Positions 51,340 through 64,000 of a stretch of 64,000 nt of DNA are shown here, one piece after another. The stretch is from Squalus acanthias (Eukaryota). The notes beneath the pieces were generated by a model that was given only the letters and a program-made list of their open reading frames with translations, had not been told where the DNA came from and did no database searches. Position numbers and translations under genes: made by a program. The stretch covers positions 67,148,001-67,212,000 of the forward strand of contig CM059438.1 in NCBI GenBank assembly GCA_030390025.1, given 5' to 3'. Position 1 is the first letter of the stretch. Every line of letters starts with the position of its first letter.

Positions 51340-52855
51340 TTTGGAGACCAATCACCAGTGGTGTCCCACAGGGATCAGTGCTGGGACCGTTGCACTTTAC
51401 TATTTTTATGAATGATCTGGATGTAGATGTTGCGGGCACGATCTGGAAATTTGCAGATGATACAAAGATCTGTGTGAGTGTTCAGACGGTAGACGATGCT
51501 CGACTGCTTCAGGCGGATCTTAATGTGTTGGGAAATTGGGCTCATGACTGGCAAATTATGTTTAATTTGGATAAGTGCAGTGCTACACATGTGGGCAGGG
51601 TGAATGTTCAAGATTCATACATCCTTCAGGGAAGAGCATTAAAGAAGTTGGAGAAAGAAAGCAATCTGGGGATTCTAGTGCATAGATCTCTAAAGGTACA
51701 TGAGCAATGCCGTGGAGCGATAGCTAGAGCAAATAGGGTGTTGGGTGCATTCATAGGACAATTGATTCGAAGATGAGGCATACTATTTTGTCCTTGTACA
51801 AGACCTTGGCCAGGCCTCACTTGGAATACTGAGTCTAGTTTTGGTCTTCTCACATGGTGGGTGATATTGAGGCTTTGGAAAGGGTGCAGAGGAGGGCCAC
51901 AGGACTAATTCCCAGTTTAAAGCATCTTGGTTATCAAGATATGCTAAAAGAGTTGGAACTTTACACTTTAGAGAAGTGTAGACTGAGGAGCGATCTGATT
52001 GAGGTTTATAAGGTTTATAAGGGGGGAGCAGACAGATCGCGAGAGGGTTTATTGGTAAGCTTGTTGGGCCTAAAGGAAACACTCCTGCTCCTCCTGACAC
52101 ACAAGCAGTGCTGCAAAGGCACTTAACTCATAGATTCAGCCCTTCTCACCTCCTTTCAGCTGCCGAGTTTCCCCAGGCCTGGGAAACCCGGCCGCCTGTG
52201 GTTAAGAATAGAATGACTGTTAAAATGAAGGCAGGCAGCCTCATTATAATATTTAAATGACCAACCCGCTTCCTGCGAGTGGATTGGTCACCTGCCCCTC
52301 ATCCTGCCTCCGTTAAAACCGGAAGGAGGCGGGTTCGAGGCGGGTTGGGTTCCTGTTCCAGAGTTTTTGCATTTTAACCACTGACATGACACCAACCCAC
52401 CCATTTTTGGGAGTTAAGATACAGCCCAGAGAGTCTCTACCTGTCTGTCATTGCTCGTATGTTCGTATGCAAGACCACATTTAGAATATTGTGTCCAGAT
52501 TTGGTCCCCTGATATGGTGGGTGATTTAGAGGCTTTTGAAAAGCTTAAGAGGATTCGCAGCTTAAAAACACCTTAGTTACTCAATTGGCTACAAAAGCTG
52601 GATCTACTCACTTTAAAATGCATAGACATTGGGTTGATTTGATAGAGGTATATAAAAATCTAAATGGATAGATTGCGTTCCTACTGATTGACTATTTTAA
52701 TTTGATAGATTTGTCAATTTACACAAGGGTTCGGGTTACTTTAGATGTTAGGCAGTTCTTCATTTTTCAAATGGTATTCGACCTATGGAACATGTTGTCA
52801 GCCCATGCGATAAGTGTTGACTCTCTGCAAACCTTCAAAAGAGAGCTAGGCCAGT
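51340..52855 (+). mobile_element. Old CR1 RT/3' fragments with a Harbinger-like end inserted at ~52021-52427
   Basis: WRPITSGVPQGSVLGP..KFADDTKI; ALERVQRRAT. A GC-rich insert ends aagatacagccc. Confidence 0.8.
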
Positions 52856-52902
52856 TCACAATCTTTCTTCATGTCGCCTCTGGTGCTTTTGCCAATCACC
52901 TT

Positions 52903-55110
52903 GCATAGGATTACATGGGATATACGGCACAGAAACAGGCCATTCGGGCCAACCAGTCCATGCCAGCTCCACTCGAGCCTCCTCCCGTCTTTCCTCATCT
53001 ACTTCTGTCAGCATAACCCTCTATTCCCTTCTCCCTCATAAGCTTATCTAGCCTCCCCTTAAATGCATCTATACTATTCGCTTCGACCACTCCCTGTGGT
53101 AGCGAGTTCCACATTCTCACCACTCTCCGGGTAAAGAAGTTTTTTCTGAAATCCATATTTGATTTCTTGGTGACTATCCTATATTGATGGCCTCTTGTTA
53201 TGCTCTTCCGCACAAGTGGAAACACTCTCTGTATCTACTCTATCAAAACTTTTCATAATTTTAAAGACCTCGATTAGGTCACCCCTCAGCCTTCTTTTTT
53301 CAAGCGAAAAGAGACCCAGCCTGTTCATCCTTTCCTGATATGTATACCCTCGCATTTCTGGTATCATCCTTGTAAATCTTCTCTGCACCCTCTCCAATGC
53401 CTCTATATCCTTTTTATAATATGGCGACCAGAACTGTACACAGTACTCCAAGTGTGTTCCAACCAAGGTTCGATACAAGTTTAGCATAACTTCTCTACTT
53501 TTCAATTCTATCCCTCTAGAAATAAACCTGAGTGCCTGGTTTGCTTTTTTTATAGCCTTGTTAACTTGTGTCGCTACTTTTAATGATTTGTGTATTTGTA
53601 CTCCGAGATCCCTTTGTTCCTCTACCCCACCCAGACTCACACCCTCCAAGTAATAAGTGACCTCCCTATTCTTCCTACCAAAATGTAATACCTCACATTT
53701 ATCTGTGTTGAATTTCATTTGCCAATTATATGCCCATTCTGCAAGTTTATTAATGTCTTCCTGTAATTTGTTGCAGTCCTCCTCAGTATTGACTATCTCC
53801 CCCAATTTGGTGTCATCCGCAAATTTAGAAATTGTGTTTTTGATTCCAAAGTCTAAATTGTTAATGTAAATTGTGAACAGCAGTGGTCCCAGCACTGATC
53901 CTTGTGGAACACCACTACCCACCTTCTGCCACTGTGAATAGCTACCTTTACCCCCTCTCTCTGCTTTCTGTCTTGAAGCCAGCTAGCTATCCATTCTGCT
54001 ACTTGTCCCCTGACTCCGCATTCTCTGACCTTATTCATTAGTCTATTATGTGGTACCTTATCGAAGGCCTTTTGAAAATCTAGATAAATTACATCGACTG
54101 CATTACCCTTGTCTATTCTCTCTGTTACCTCTTCAAAAAATTCAAGCAAGACTTTCCCTTTTGAAATCCATGCTGACTATTCATTATTATATTTTTAGCT
54201 TTTAGATGTTGTTCTATTTTCTCCTTTAGTAGGGATTCCATTATTTTTCCTACCACCGATGTTAAGTCTGACTGGTCTATAGTTCCCTAGACATGTTCTA
54301 TCTTACTTCTTAAATATAGGTATTATGTTAGCTATCCACCAGTCCTCTGACACTATACCTTTTTTCTAATGAATTATTAAATATGTATAGTAATGCCTTT
54401 GCTATCTCTTCCCTAGATTCTTTTAAAATGTGCGGATGTAATCCATCCAGACCAGGGTTTTTTCCTCTTTGAGTTTGATTTGTTTATTTAATGTCTCTCC
54501 TCTTTTTATTTGAAATGCAGTTATTTCATTACTAATCTCATCATCCAATGTCATGTCCACCTGTTCTATCTGCCTGGTAAATACTGAGGCAAAGTAATTA
54601 TTTAATATTTCTGCCATCTCTATCATTGCCTGTGGTATTATCCTGTCCATCCCTTAGTGGCCCTATTCCCATCCCGAACTTCCTTTTTTTATTGATTTGC
54701 CTGTAAAAAAATGTGCTATTTTGTTTTATGTTCCTTGATAATTTAATTTAATAGTTCCTCTTTGCCTTCCTAATTGTTTTTTGACTTCTTTCCTAATCTC
54801 TTCATATTTTCCCTTATCATGCTCTCCCCTGCTGTCCATGTACTTAATGTATGCCTCTTTCCTTACCCTCAATTTTTTCCTTATGGCTTTATTCATCCAT
54901 GGTGTCTCATTAGTGTTTAGCTTGTTCTTGTTTTTAGCGGAATATATATTTCCTAGACTCTGCTGAACACCGTTCGCATTGCTGTTCTACTTCATTGTTT
55001 GCCAATATTGTTGTTCATTTTATTTTCCCAAGTTCTGTTCTCAGCCCCTCAAAATCAGCTTTTCTCTGACCTATTACCCTGGTCTTCATCATACTTATGT
55101 CTTTCTCAAT
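52903..55110 (-). mobile_element. CR1 ORF2 3' half, nested in another CR1 fragment (52860-52902 + ~55118-55433)
   Basis: 247-aa ORF SGVPQGSVLGP..KFADDTKL..LEYCVQFWSP. The host reads ttttgccaatcacctt|aaatctgtgtcctctgg. Confidence 0.92.
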
Positions 55111-55789
55111 TATTATTTTAAATCTGTGTCCTCTGGTTACCAACCCTTCAGCCATTGGAAACAGTTTCTATTTATTTCCCCTATTGAAACCCTTTGTGAT
55201 TTTGAACGCCTCCATTAAATCTCCCCTTAACCTTCTCTGCTCTAAGGAGAACAATCCCAGCTTCTCTAATCTCTCCATGTCCCTCACCCTGGTACCATTC
55301 TAGTAAATCTCCTCTGCAACCCACTCCCAGGTCTTAACATCCTTCCTAAAGTGTGGTGCCCTGCATTGAACACAATACTCAAGCTGAGGCCTAATCAGTG
55401 ATTTATAAAGGTTTAGCGTAACTTCCTTGCTGTAGCTGTCCCAGTAATCGGAAAAGAATCTCCTTCTCCAAATTTGCATTGTCTTTTTCTTGCAGTGCCG
55501 CAATGCATGTTCTTCTGTCATCAAATCTAATTGATGGTTGATTGATTATTCCCTTAGCATTTTTAAGAAAGCATCATTGTGTGCTCGTGTTCCAAGCTGA
55601 AAAGAATATCCGCTTGCGTGGTATTCTGCATCAGATTCCTTTGCAACTCACTGTTGGATATGCCTGTGTGTTTCCCAGTAGTACAGTGGAGCATTTGATT
55701 CTCTGGTTCTGAAGGAAAGCTTGTCCATTGGACTATGCTGAGTTGGGTCAAAACTTCATTTCCCATATATTAAAATTTCACATATTTTG

Positions 55790-56220
55790 GAACTAAATTC
55801 AAAGCAAAGGTAAACCAAATCCAAGGGAGGAGAGGCACTGCAACGAGGAGAGACTTGGAAAAACTCAGGCAATATTCACTAGAACAGAGAATGTTAAGGA
55901 GAATCTAATAGAAATGTCACAAATGTTGAGAGGAGTGAGAAATAAATAGTGGAAGACAATTTCCACTAGTCAGTGAATTGGTAACAAGAGGTTGTGAATT
56001 TAGTATTAGTATGGGAAACATTAAAGGGGGAGATTAGAAAATGTTTATTCAGGCAAAGGGTTATTAGACTATGAAACGCATTACCACAAGTGATTATTAA
56101 AGCCAAATCACTCACCGAGTTTATAAGGTAATTAGATAAACACTTGAAAAATAAAACTCTCAAAGGGTTTGGTGAAAAGGGAACCAAATAGAAATAGAGT
56201 GGATAAATTTGGTGTGAGAC
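55790..56220 (+). mobile_element. Old CR1 3' fragment
   Basis: Degenerate ttcactagaacagagaatgttaaggagaatctaatag similar to CR1 FSLEQRRLRGDLI. Confidence 0.6.
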
Positions 56221-56851
56221 TCAGAAGGCGGAAGGAGGGAAATGGGGACCTCCTGTGCTGAAATTTCTATGATTCCATCAACCTTCTTTGCCAGAAAAAA
56301 GGAATACTCATTCCCATTACTTGTCCACATAAAAATGTTCCAAGGCACACATTCTAATTGCAGGTGTATCATGTGGCTGTCTGTTCAGCACAATTCACTG
56401 ACTACTTTTGCTTCACCAGTAGCATCTCAAAGGAGTACCCGTCATTGTAAGATGCCTAGTAGCACAACTGAGAACAAACACAACTTATCATATGATTTAC
56501 TGGCAGACTTGATAGTCATGAAATACATGCTCTAACTAACATTTTGCTACACAGTTGTTTCACAAAGGTCTACATATTCTACATTAACGAGCATTGGGAG
56601 CAACATCGCATTAGCATGAATTATATACACGACGATCCATGTTAGTTCAAATGCAGTGATGATAGTTGACTGCATATCCCTAAGTATTTGACAAATCAAA
56701 CAATGTATTTCATCAAACCGCTGTCTGCAGGCTGTTATGAATGTGTTTATCTCCCCTGGCTTAAAAAATGGTGTTGTGTCTCTCTCGCTCTTGGTAGGAA
56801 GTGCTGGAGTTGAGCTCTTCAGAGCAGTTCAATCAAGTTCTAAACAAGTTA

Positions 56852-57744
56852 AGGGTAGAAATTAGGTCGCGCCCCATTTGGGGCGCAAATATCGTCCGGA
56901 CGCAAATATTAGCGCCTGGCGCTAATTATCGGCACTGACGGGAAACTTCACTTTTACCGCCCCGGGAGGTGAGTGGAGCGCTAAAGCAGGCGCTGCACAC
57001 CTCTCTTAAGGCGCAAAGGCCGAGCAGTGAGGCGCTAACTCGGAGCGCTGGCGAAGCTCATGTAATGTCAGTCAGCAATGGAACACACACACAATGGCAC
57101 GGGCCAGTTCTTAAAGGGGATGGTTAATCTTGCTTTCCATCCACATCCTGTTCATTGCTGCCTTGAATCTCGGCCTGGAGAGACTTGCACATCAAATGTG
57201 CTGGAAAGAACAATGGAGAGCACCAGGCAAAGAGCTCAGAGTGCAGCTCCCACGGTCTCTGCTAAATCGATACAAGGAATGGCAAATCAAAATGAACCTG
57301 CAAAGTGCTGCTCAGTACCCAAAACTCCTTCACACAACGTTGAATCTCTCCAGAAGTCTCTCCCTCTCTCTCTCAGAATGCGTAGTTCAAAAATGCCACC
57401 AACAATAAAAGACAGGAAGAGGCCCCCTTTAAATAGCGCCCCCCCCAGCCCCACAGCGATTGATAGCGTTCCAGTCTTCTGGTCGTTGGAAGCGCCAGGC
57501 GGTAAGGCAGGGGGCGCCACTCAATTTCCGCTCCGGGGCGCCCCAAGGGCGTTGCACCATGGAATGACGTCACAATCTGCGCGCGCAGGTGGTCGCAGCG
57601 GTAAGTTTTGTCGCCGCCGCACAATCTCAAGTTAAGTTCTCGAGCGGCGCAAACATCGCTGCGCCCGGGCGTTAGCGGCTTTGCGCCCCATTAGCGCCCT
57701 CTTAAGGCGCTAACGGGTGGCGCAACCAAGTGAATTTTTACCCC
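56852..57744 (+). mobile_element. Harbinger-type MITE (family B)
   Basis: TIRs agggtagaaatt / aatttttacccc with flanks TTA / ATA. Inverted homolog of 3663-4555. Confidence 0.88.
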
Positions 57745-59076
57745 ATAACAAACCACTTTTTGTCAAGAAACTTAATGCCGATGCAATAAAGCTACTTTCA
57801 GCAATGAGTCAGACTGAAGTGTAGGATACATCCAGAGGAAAGATTCTGAGAACCTGGTCGGTGTTTAACTTAGTTGTGAGAAAGTGCAATAAAGATGTTG
57901 AAGAATTTTTTTGATGTAGCCACATATTTGTGTTGCCTAAGTCTGATTTGTTGCAGTAGTGACGAGATGGAGAGATCCAGTTATCTTCTCCGTTTCTCTC
58001 TGTTGTAACCCAATTAGAGATTTTTTCATGAAGTAGTTTTGTACCCTTAGGGGCAATGGGGTTTTGTATTGGAGAAGTTGTCCTTTACCAAAGAAAAGAT
58101 GTATTGAGTGTTCAAAAATAAATTTCAGTGGTTTATGGGCAAAGAAAGAAGTCTTTAAATGAAGAATGTCATCTTGGTGCATTGAAGCTCCACCTGTTCA
58201 ATATTTCATGATTCTTTAAGTCTTTTGTGATCTGGCATGTTATAGTCTCAACATCAACTTAGAACATTCAATGATATGAGAATCTTTAATTGAGATATCT
58301 GGGCCAAGTCTTGAACAATACAATGTACAGAAAAGCAAAAAAAAAATGTTATGCCCAACAAGGCCTGTATGATTTTAATGATTTTAACCCCATTACCAGT
58401 GTTTTCATTGTATAGGAATATTAGGAACAGGGGTGGGCCATTCAGTCCCTCGAACCTGCTCCACCATCAATTAGATTATGGCTGATCTGCATCTCAACTC
58501 TATTTACCTGCCTTTGTTCCATATCCCTTGATACTCTTATCCAACAAAAATCCATCCATCTTAGTCTTGAAAGCTCCAATTGTCCTACCAGCCTTTGGGA
58601 GTTCAGAAACAGAAACAGAATCAACTGCAACTTGAACCAATTTCTGGTATCTACAAGAAGGGTTTCCCTTTAATTCACTGTTTTGCAACTGAATTGCCCT
58701 TTCAGTGCAAAAACAAATCTGCCTGACATCCCTTATTTCTCCTGTTTCCTTCGATATTCAAACCCTTCACGTAAGTGAACAATTTGTAAAGGTCAACTTT
58801 GCCACTTCCCTTTCGAAATGTGAAAACTTCAATTAATCATCTCAAATCTCGGCTTCCATGATCGGGACTACTCCCGCTGTGACGCCGTGACTTCAGTGGA
58901 GGTTCGGGGGGAAACTATGTTTACGCACGTAAGTGAGGTTTCTGCCAAAGTTATGCCGATGCAGTGGAAGAGGCCCCGAGGAAATTCACCCATCATTTAG
59001 AAACCAATTTGATTGCACAGCTGCGTGAACTCTTGGTGAGAATGATATTCTTTATGTGAAGTGAACTAGAGATTAA

Positions 59077-59760
59077 GGGGTGAATTTCCTCAGGGATTCT
59101 CCAGCTACGCCGGTGTCTGGGCCGAGTGTCTCACCTCCTGACTCCCCAAGGCCTCTCCACCATCTACAAGGCACAAGACAGGAGTGTAATGGAATACTGT
59201 CGACTTGCCTGGATGAGTGCAGCAGCAACAACACTCAAGAAGCCCGACACCATCCAAGACAAAGCAGCCCACTTGATCGGCAGTCTATCCACCACCTTAA
59301 ACATTCACACCCTCCACCACTAGTGCACCATGGCTTCAGTGTATACTATCCAAAGGATGCACTACAGCAACTCGACAAGGCTTCTTCAATAGCATCTCCC
59401 AAACCCGTGACCTCCACCACCTAGAAAGACAAGTTCAGCAGGCGCATGGGAACACCATCACCCTCGAGTTCCCTCCAAGTCATCCCGACTTAGACGTATT
59501 TCGCCACTCCTTCATCATTGCTGGGTCAAAATCCTGGAACTCACAATTTAACAGCACTGTGGAAGTACCTTCCCCACACGGACTACAGCGGTTCAAGAAG
59601 TACGCCCACCACCACCTTCTCAAGGGAAACTAGGGATGAGCAATAAATGAATAAAATAAATTCTGCGTGGACACCTCGCTTACATGCGCAAATGTGATTT
59701 CCCCATAACTTTCGCTGTAGTTACATCGCAGCGGAAGAAGCCCGGAGAAAAGTCACTCCC
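59077..59760. mobile_element. Small MITE split by a non-LTR 3' fragment (59116-59655, +)
   Basis: Ends ggggtgaatttc / aaagtcactccc with flanks TAA / TAG. The insert encodes LSTIYKAQDRSVMEY. Confidence 0.7.
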
Positions 59761-60489
59761 TAGGACTGGCCAACTCCTTGTACAGCAGCAAAGTCTCATA
59801 AAAATCCAAAGCCCGATAATTTTAACAGAAGAACTATTCAGAAGGAATGGAAAGGGCAGAAGGTGTTCTTCTACAGGAAGTGAGATAAAGTGAATTAAAA
59901 TAGAGTTTATCACTAGCAAAATAAGAAACTTCTAAAGCACACCTGAGTTTGGATCTCAATCTCCAAGGAAACTAAAAGTATTGCAACTGCAACATCAGAC
60001 AAAAAATGGCTGTAGTTTAACTCCCCAAAGGAAAAGGATTTTTCATAAATCTTACTCCTATGGGGAATCACACTCAGGGATTATGATCCTCACAGAAGCG
60101 TTTGTTTGTTGGGGATAGTTCTCAGTCAGTTTGACCTTAAGTGAAACTGAAGTGACTGCAGAAGCAAAGAATCTCAACATTTTGCCGCTCGAACATAACA
60201 GTAATTGTCATCTTCTAGCACCTCTTTCAGTATCATGAATAGGATACAACGAAAAGGTTGTCATCTGATAAGTGATCCTTCTCTCACCTCCAGCCTTCAA
60301 TGCTTCTGTTCTGTCACCATCTTTCTGATCTCTCTTTTTTTATCAGCACTGCTATGGGCACTGCTCCTTAGCATTTATCTTTCCTTCTCCCTACCTTAAA
60401 TATACCATCCTGCCTACGTCCTCATTACTGAAATATACGAGTCTATTATCTCCTCCTCCATCAAATTCTTTAGGACCTTAAAACTCCTT

Positions 60490-61243
60490 GGCTGAGAAAT
60501 TGACCTCCTTGGCGCCTCCCGTTCGCGCCTCCGGGTGGCGATAACGGGGCGCTAATGACTTACCGACCGGGCGGAATGAACGACTCCCGCTAAATTGGCC
60601 GAGAGGTTTGCGGCGGCGGCAACACTCTGCGCCACGATCTCCTGCGCCTGGAGATCGTGACGTCATTGTCCTGTGCATCGCCCTGGTAGCGCCCCAGACC
60701 CGAACTTTGGTTCCGCCCCCTGCAGCATTGCCGGGTGACAACACCGACAGCTGCAGGAGGTGCTATTCAGGAGGCCGGGCGCTTCGGGGGTGCAAATAAA
60801 AGGGGATGTTGGCACGGTAAGTATAAAAATTGTTGCAATGCATTATTTCAATTTTTTCCATTTTCCTTCGGCCGCCATCGATCAGCCCGGCACTCTGCTG
60901 GAGTGCACGGGGCTGATTGGGCCGGATCGCGGCTGCCGTCGGGGACCAGCTAACTGGTCCCAATGCAGAGCCTGCAGCGATGGCCCTTCCCTTTAAGGGA
61001 GGGAAGGAGCCTCGGATCTTGGCCGCGCTGCACGGGACATTGTGCAGCGCTGCACCACTACCGCCCCGCCTGCGTCCTTTAGCACTCCAGGAAGGAAGTG
61101 AAATACTTGATTTAGCGCTCCACTTCCTCCCTGGAGCGCTAACAGCCAATTTAGGGGAAGCTCAAAATCATTTGCGCCTGGCGCTAATTTTTCAAGCTTT
61201 CAAAAGTTACCGCCCCAAATGGGCGCTCCTGAATTTCGCCCCC
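60490..61243. mobile_element. Harbinger-type GC-rich MITE (family B-like ends)
   Basis: Ends ggctgagaaatt / aatttcgccccc. The left arm resembles 3663-3900; GGCGCTAA motifs. Confidence 0.8.
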
Positions 61244-61330
61244 CTGAGCTCTTCAGATCTTCCTTTCCCCTTACAATCAACAGACTTTTGAATCCCAAGC
61301 TTGACATCACCTTAACATGACCAAGATGTC

Positions 61331-62200
61331 AGCCTTGGCTCAGTGGTAGCACTCTCAACTCCGAATCAGAAGGTTGTGGGTTCAAGCCCCACTCCAGAGA
61401 CTTGAATGCATAATCAGGCTGACACTTCAATGCAGTACTGAGGGAGTGCTGCACTGCCAGAGGTGCCGTCTTTCAGATTCGACTTTAAGCTCGGGCGGAT
61501 GTAAAATATTCCATGGCACTTTTCGAAGAAGAGTTGGGGCGTTCTCCCAGTGTCCTGGCCAACATGTATCCTGCAAACAACCACCACTGAAACAGAATGA
61601 AGTTCATTTTTGCCCACGGGCAAGAACGTGGCTTATTCTAATGGCCGGGCCTCATTAGCAGGTGAGGGTGGGGGTGAAGGCCGAGGACAGGGGAGGCCCA
61701 AGGATTCCTTGTTAGGTCTGGAGGAGTTCTCATGCTCCTCCTGGCCAACAAGGAAGTTACCTTACTGGCTCCTCTGGTCTTCGATGCAGCTCCCGGCAGC
61801 TTTGGCCACTGCTCCTTCACTCAGGCCTCAGACAACAATAGCACTCGGGCCCCGATGCTGTCATAATGAATAAAGGTCATCATCAGCTGCCTGCAGGTGT
61901 CCTTGCTGCCTGCAATTTAAAATTGCCGTTAGCTGGATAAGGGGCATGAATGGATTGTGTAAATGCCTCGCTCCATTTCAACAGCCCCTCCACCTGTTTT
62001 CCGCTGGGCGGATGGGGGAGGGAGTTAAATCAATCCCATTATCTGGTCATTTCTCATTGCTGTTTGTGGGACCTGGCTGTGGGCAATTTGACTGCTGCGT
62101 TTCCCAATTTGAAACAGTGACTGCTCTTCAAAAAAGGACTTCATTGGCTACGAGACGTTTTGGGAAATCCTGAAGTCATGAAAGGCGCTATGTAAGAACA
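61331..62200 (+). mobile_element. Full-length tRNA-headed Deu-domain SINE, interrupted
   Basis: A box tggctcagtgg, B box ggttcaagccc, Deu body and tail gaaaggcgctatg. Interrupted at aacag-aat|...|att-atctggtcatt. Confidence 0.88.
61599..62037. mobile_element. Old Harbinger-type MITE (family E)
   Basis: Degenerate ends gaagttcatttt / taaatcaatccc with flanks AAT / ATT. It cleanly splits the SINE. Confidence 0.65.
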
Positions 62201-63714
62201 CGTTTTTTTTCTTTACTTCTTGATTTATCTCATCTTCTCTCCTACACCTTTAAGCACCTGGTGGGCGGTGTCCTGGTCAGTTGACCTTGGCCTTATATCT
62301 GGGTTTCTCAAGGAATATAGCAATCAGACATTTTTGTGTTATAATTCCATTCAGTTGTAACTTTCGGAGTTTTGAAAGTGCATATAATGAAGAGGCGACT
62401 GGTACCCAAGGAAGATTATGTTGCAATGTGTATCTCCTGAGAGGAAGATGTATTTAATCGACCTTTCAACTGCCATTTGCACCATGTGGTCAATTGTGAT
62501 GCATCTTATGATGAAACAACACTGCCGATAACTTGCTATCCTTGCTCACACATGAAGGTCACCCAGTCCCCGTGAAGCCATGCTCCCACAAGAAGTCAAC
62601 ACCTTCCAAAGTGAAGCAAATTTGCCAACTGTGCATTCCAGCAATCCTGTCTGTAGCATCCGCACTGTTGATTTCAGTGGAGCTGCTGACGAGGGTCATC
62701 AGAGGTGAGTGTTGCTCTCTTTAGGTGAGTGTTGCTCACCTCCATCATGGGATGGGGGAGGGTTGGCTGCACTTGTGGCACGCTCTCTCGGGCCAGTACC
62801 AGGTCCAGCTACTGGAGTCATGGGTGAGTCCATGGAGGAGCCGCTAGATCATCTGTTTTAGTCCCAACTAATCTGCCAACAAAAGCAGTGGAGGTTAGTG
62901 GAATACAAATGCTGGTAGCCCTAGTTCCTGCTCATCTCCTCATTAACCTTGAACATTTGGATATCAAGTTTCTGCTATCTCACCCCTGATTAACTTCAGT
63001 GATACCACGTTGTCCTATTTGAACCAAACAATATAACCAGGCCAACTTGGTTACTAGTTTCTTGAGTTAATTCAAGACTGCTGATTTGGTAAACAGGATC
63101 CTTTGTTAACATCATGAGCCAGTTCTTTCAATGATACGATGCTGTCTGTGTTTCTGCTTCAACGCTGCTTTCTCAGAATTGTGAATTTTTAAATGGATTT
63201 GTTGCCAAGGTAATGATAGAAATAACAATTTATATATTTTTTGTGTGATTAGATAAAAACACTGACTGCAAAACCAGGACAGTTGCCAATGTACACAATA
63301 GTGGCCTGCTAAAACAGTGTGACTTATAATAAGTATTTAACATAATGGGAGCCATTTAATTGGATATGTCCATGAAACCAGGTTTAAATCAGCAGACTAT
63401 GTAAAAAAACTGATTAATGCAAAGAACTAAATGCTTGTTGGATACGACTGCAGACCATCCTTGTATGTTTGTTTGCAAGAAAGGTAGTTGGACGTGTTTG
63501 GGAATAATAGACTTAAAACCACCAGGACTTATTGGATCCAGACAAGTAATCTTAAATCCTTGAATGGGCCACAATTAAAATAACATTGGAGCGAGTGTTC
63601 TAATTAACATCCTGGAAGGGTTTGAGTTGATTGTAGAGCTCTGGAATGGAAACTTCCGATGTATCATGCAAAGGAATGTTTGCTTTAAGAAAACAACTGA
63701 CCAACACAGCTTAA

Positions 63715-64000
63715 TAGAATAATATAGTTATAGAATCATAGAAGGATACAGAGCAGAAGTAGGATATTCGGCCCATCGTGCCTGTACCGGAACTTTGAAA
63801 GAGCTATCCAATTAGTCCCACTCCCCCGCTCTTTACCCATAGGCCAGCACATTTTTCCCCTTCAAGTATTTATCCAGTTCCCCTTTGAAAGTTATTATTG
63901 AACCTGCTTCCACCATCGTTTCAGGCAGTGCATTCAGATCATAACAACACGCTATGTAAAACAAATTCTCATCTTGCCTCTGGTTCTTTACTTTAAATCT
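63715..64000 (-). mobile_element. CR1 3' end
   Basis: catagaa-type tail and 3' UTR shared with 32560 and 29430. Confidence 0.85.

Noticed and set aside
55436..55530. Minus-strand peptide FDDRRTCIAALQEKDNANLEKEILFRLLGQLQ as an exon or Penelope remnant
   Set aside because: Weak acceptor, no donor (it runs into CR1), and only superficial similarity.
61331..61400. tRNA gene
   Set aside because: The A/B boxes run directly into the SINE body, so this is a tRNA-derived SINE head.
1..64000. ORF-track entries as prokaryote-style genes, an operon, or a CRISPR/retron-type system
   Set aside because: The long ORFs map to vertebrate LINE or Harbinger fragments with stops and frameshifts. There is no regular repeat-spacer array or operon structure.

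Overview
Eukaryotic, almost certainly vertebrate genomic DNA. The repeat set (CR1 with esterase ORF1, L2, RTE, tRNA/Deu-domain SINE, Penelope, abundant Harbinger) points to a cartilaginous fish, probably a shark; that assignment is inference. Most of the window is nested, decayed transposable elements, and most ORFs in the track are TE fragments or noise. The dominant system is a set of PIF/Harbinger DNA transposons: two intron-containing Myb/SANT genes, one convergent HARBI1-type transposase remnant, and at least five non-autonomous MITE families with ~12-17 bp TIRs and 3-bp TSDs. Four observations stand out. (1) Unrelated Harbinger elements have inserted twice at the same nucleotide of a CR1 and twice at the same nucleotide of a SINE, which implies strong target-site specificity. 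(2) One four-copy MITE family carries a strand-biased cluster of consensus splice donors and acceptors plus three hairpins. (3) A Penelope insertion with a 16-bp TSD carries a minimal hammerhead ribozyme. (4) Three phase-compatible minus-strand exons (25544-25345, 19284-19241, 16455-16423) may be the 3' end of an unidentified host gene. Coordinates were read by eye; boundaries of old elements are approximate.
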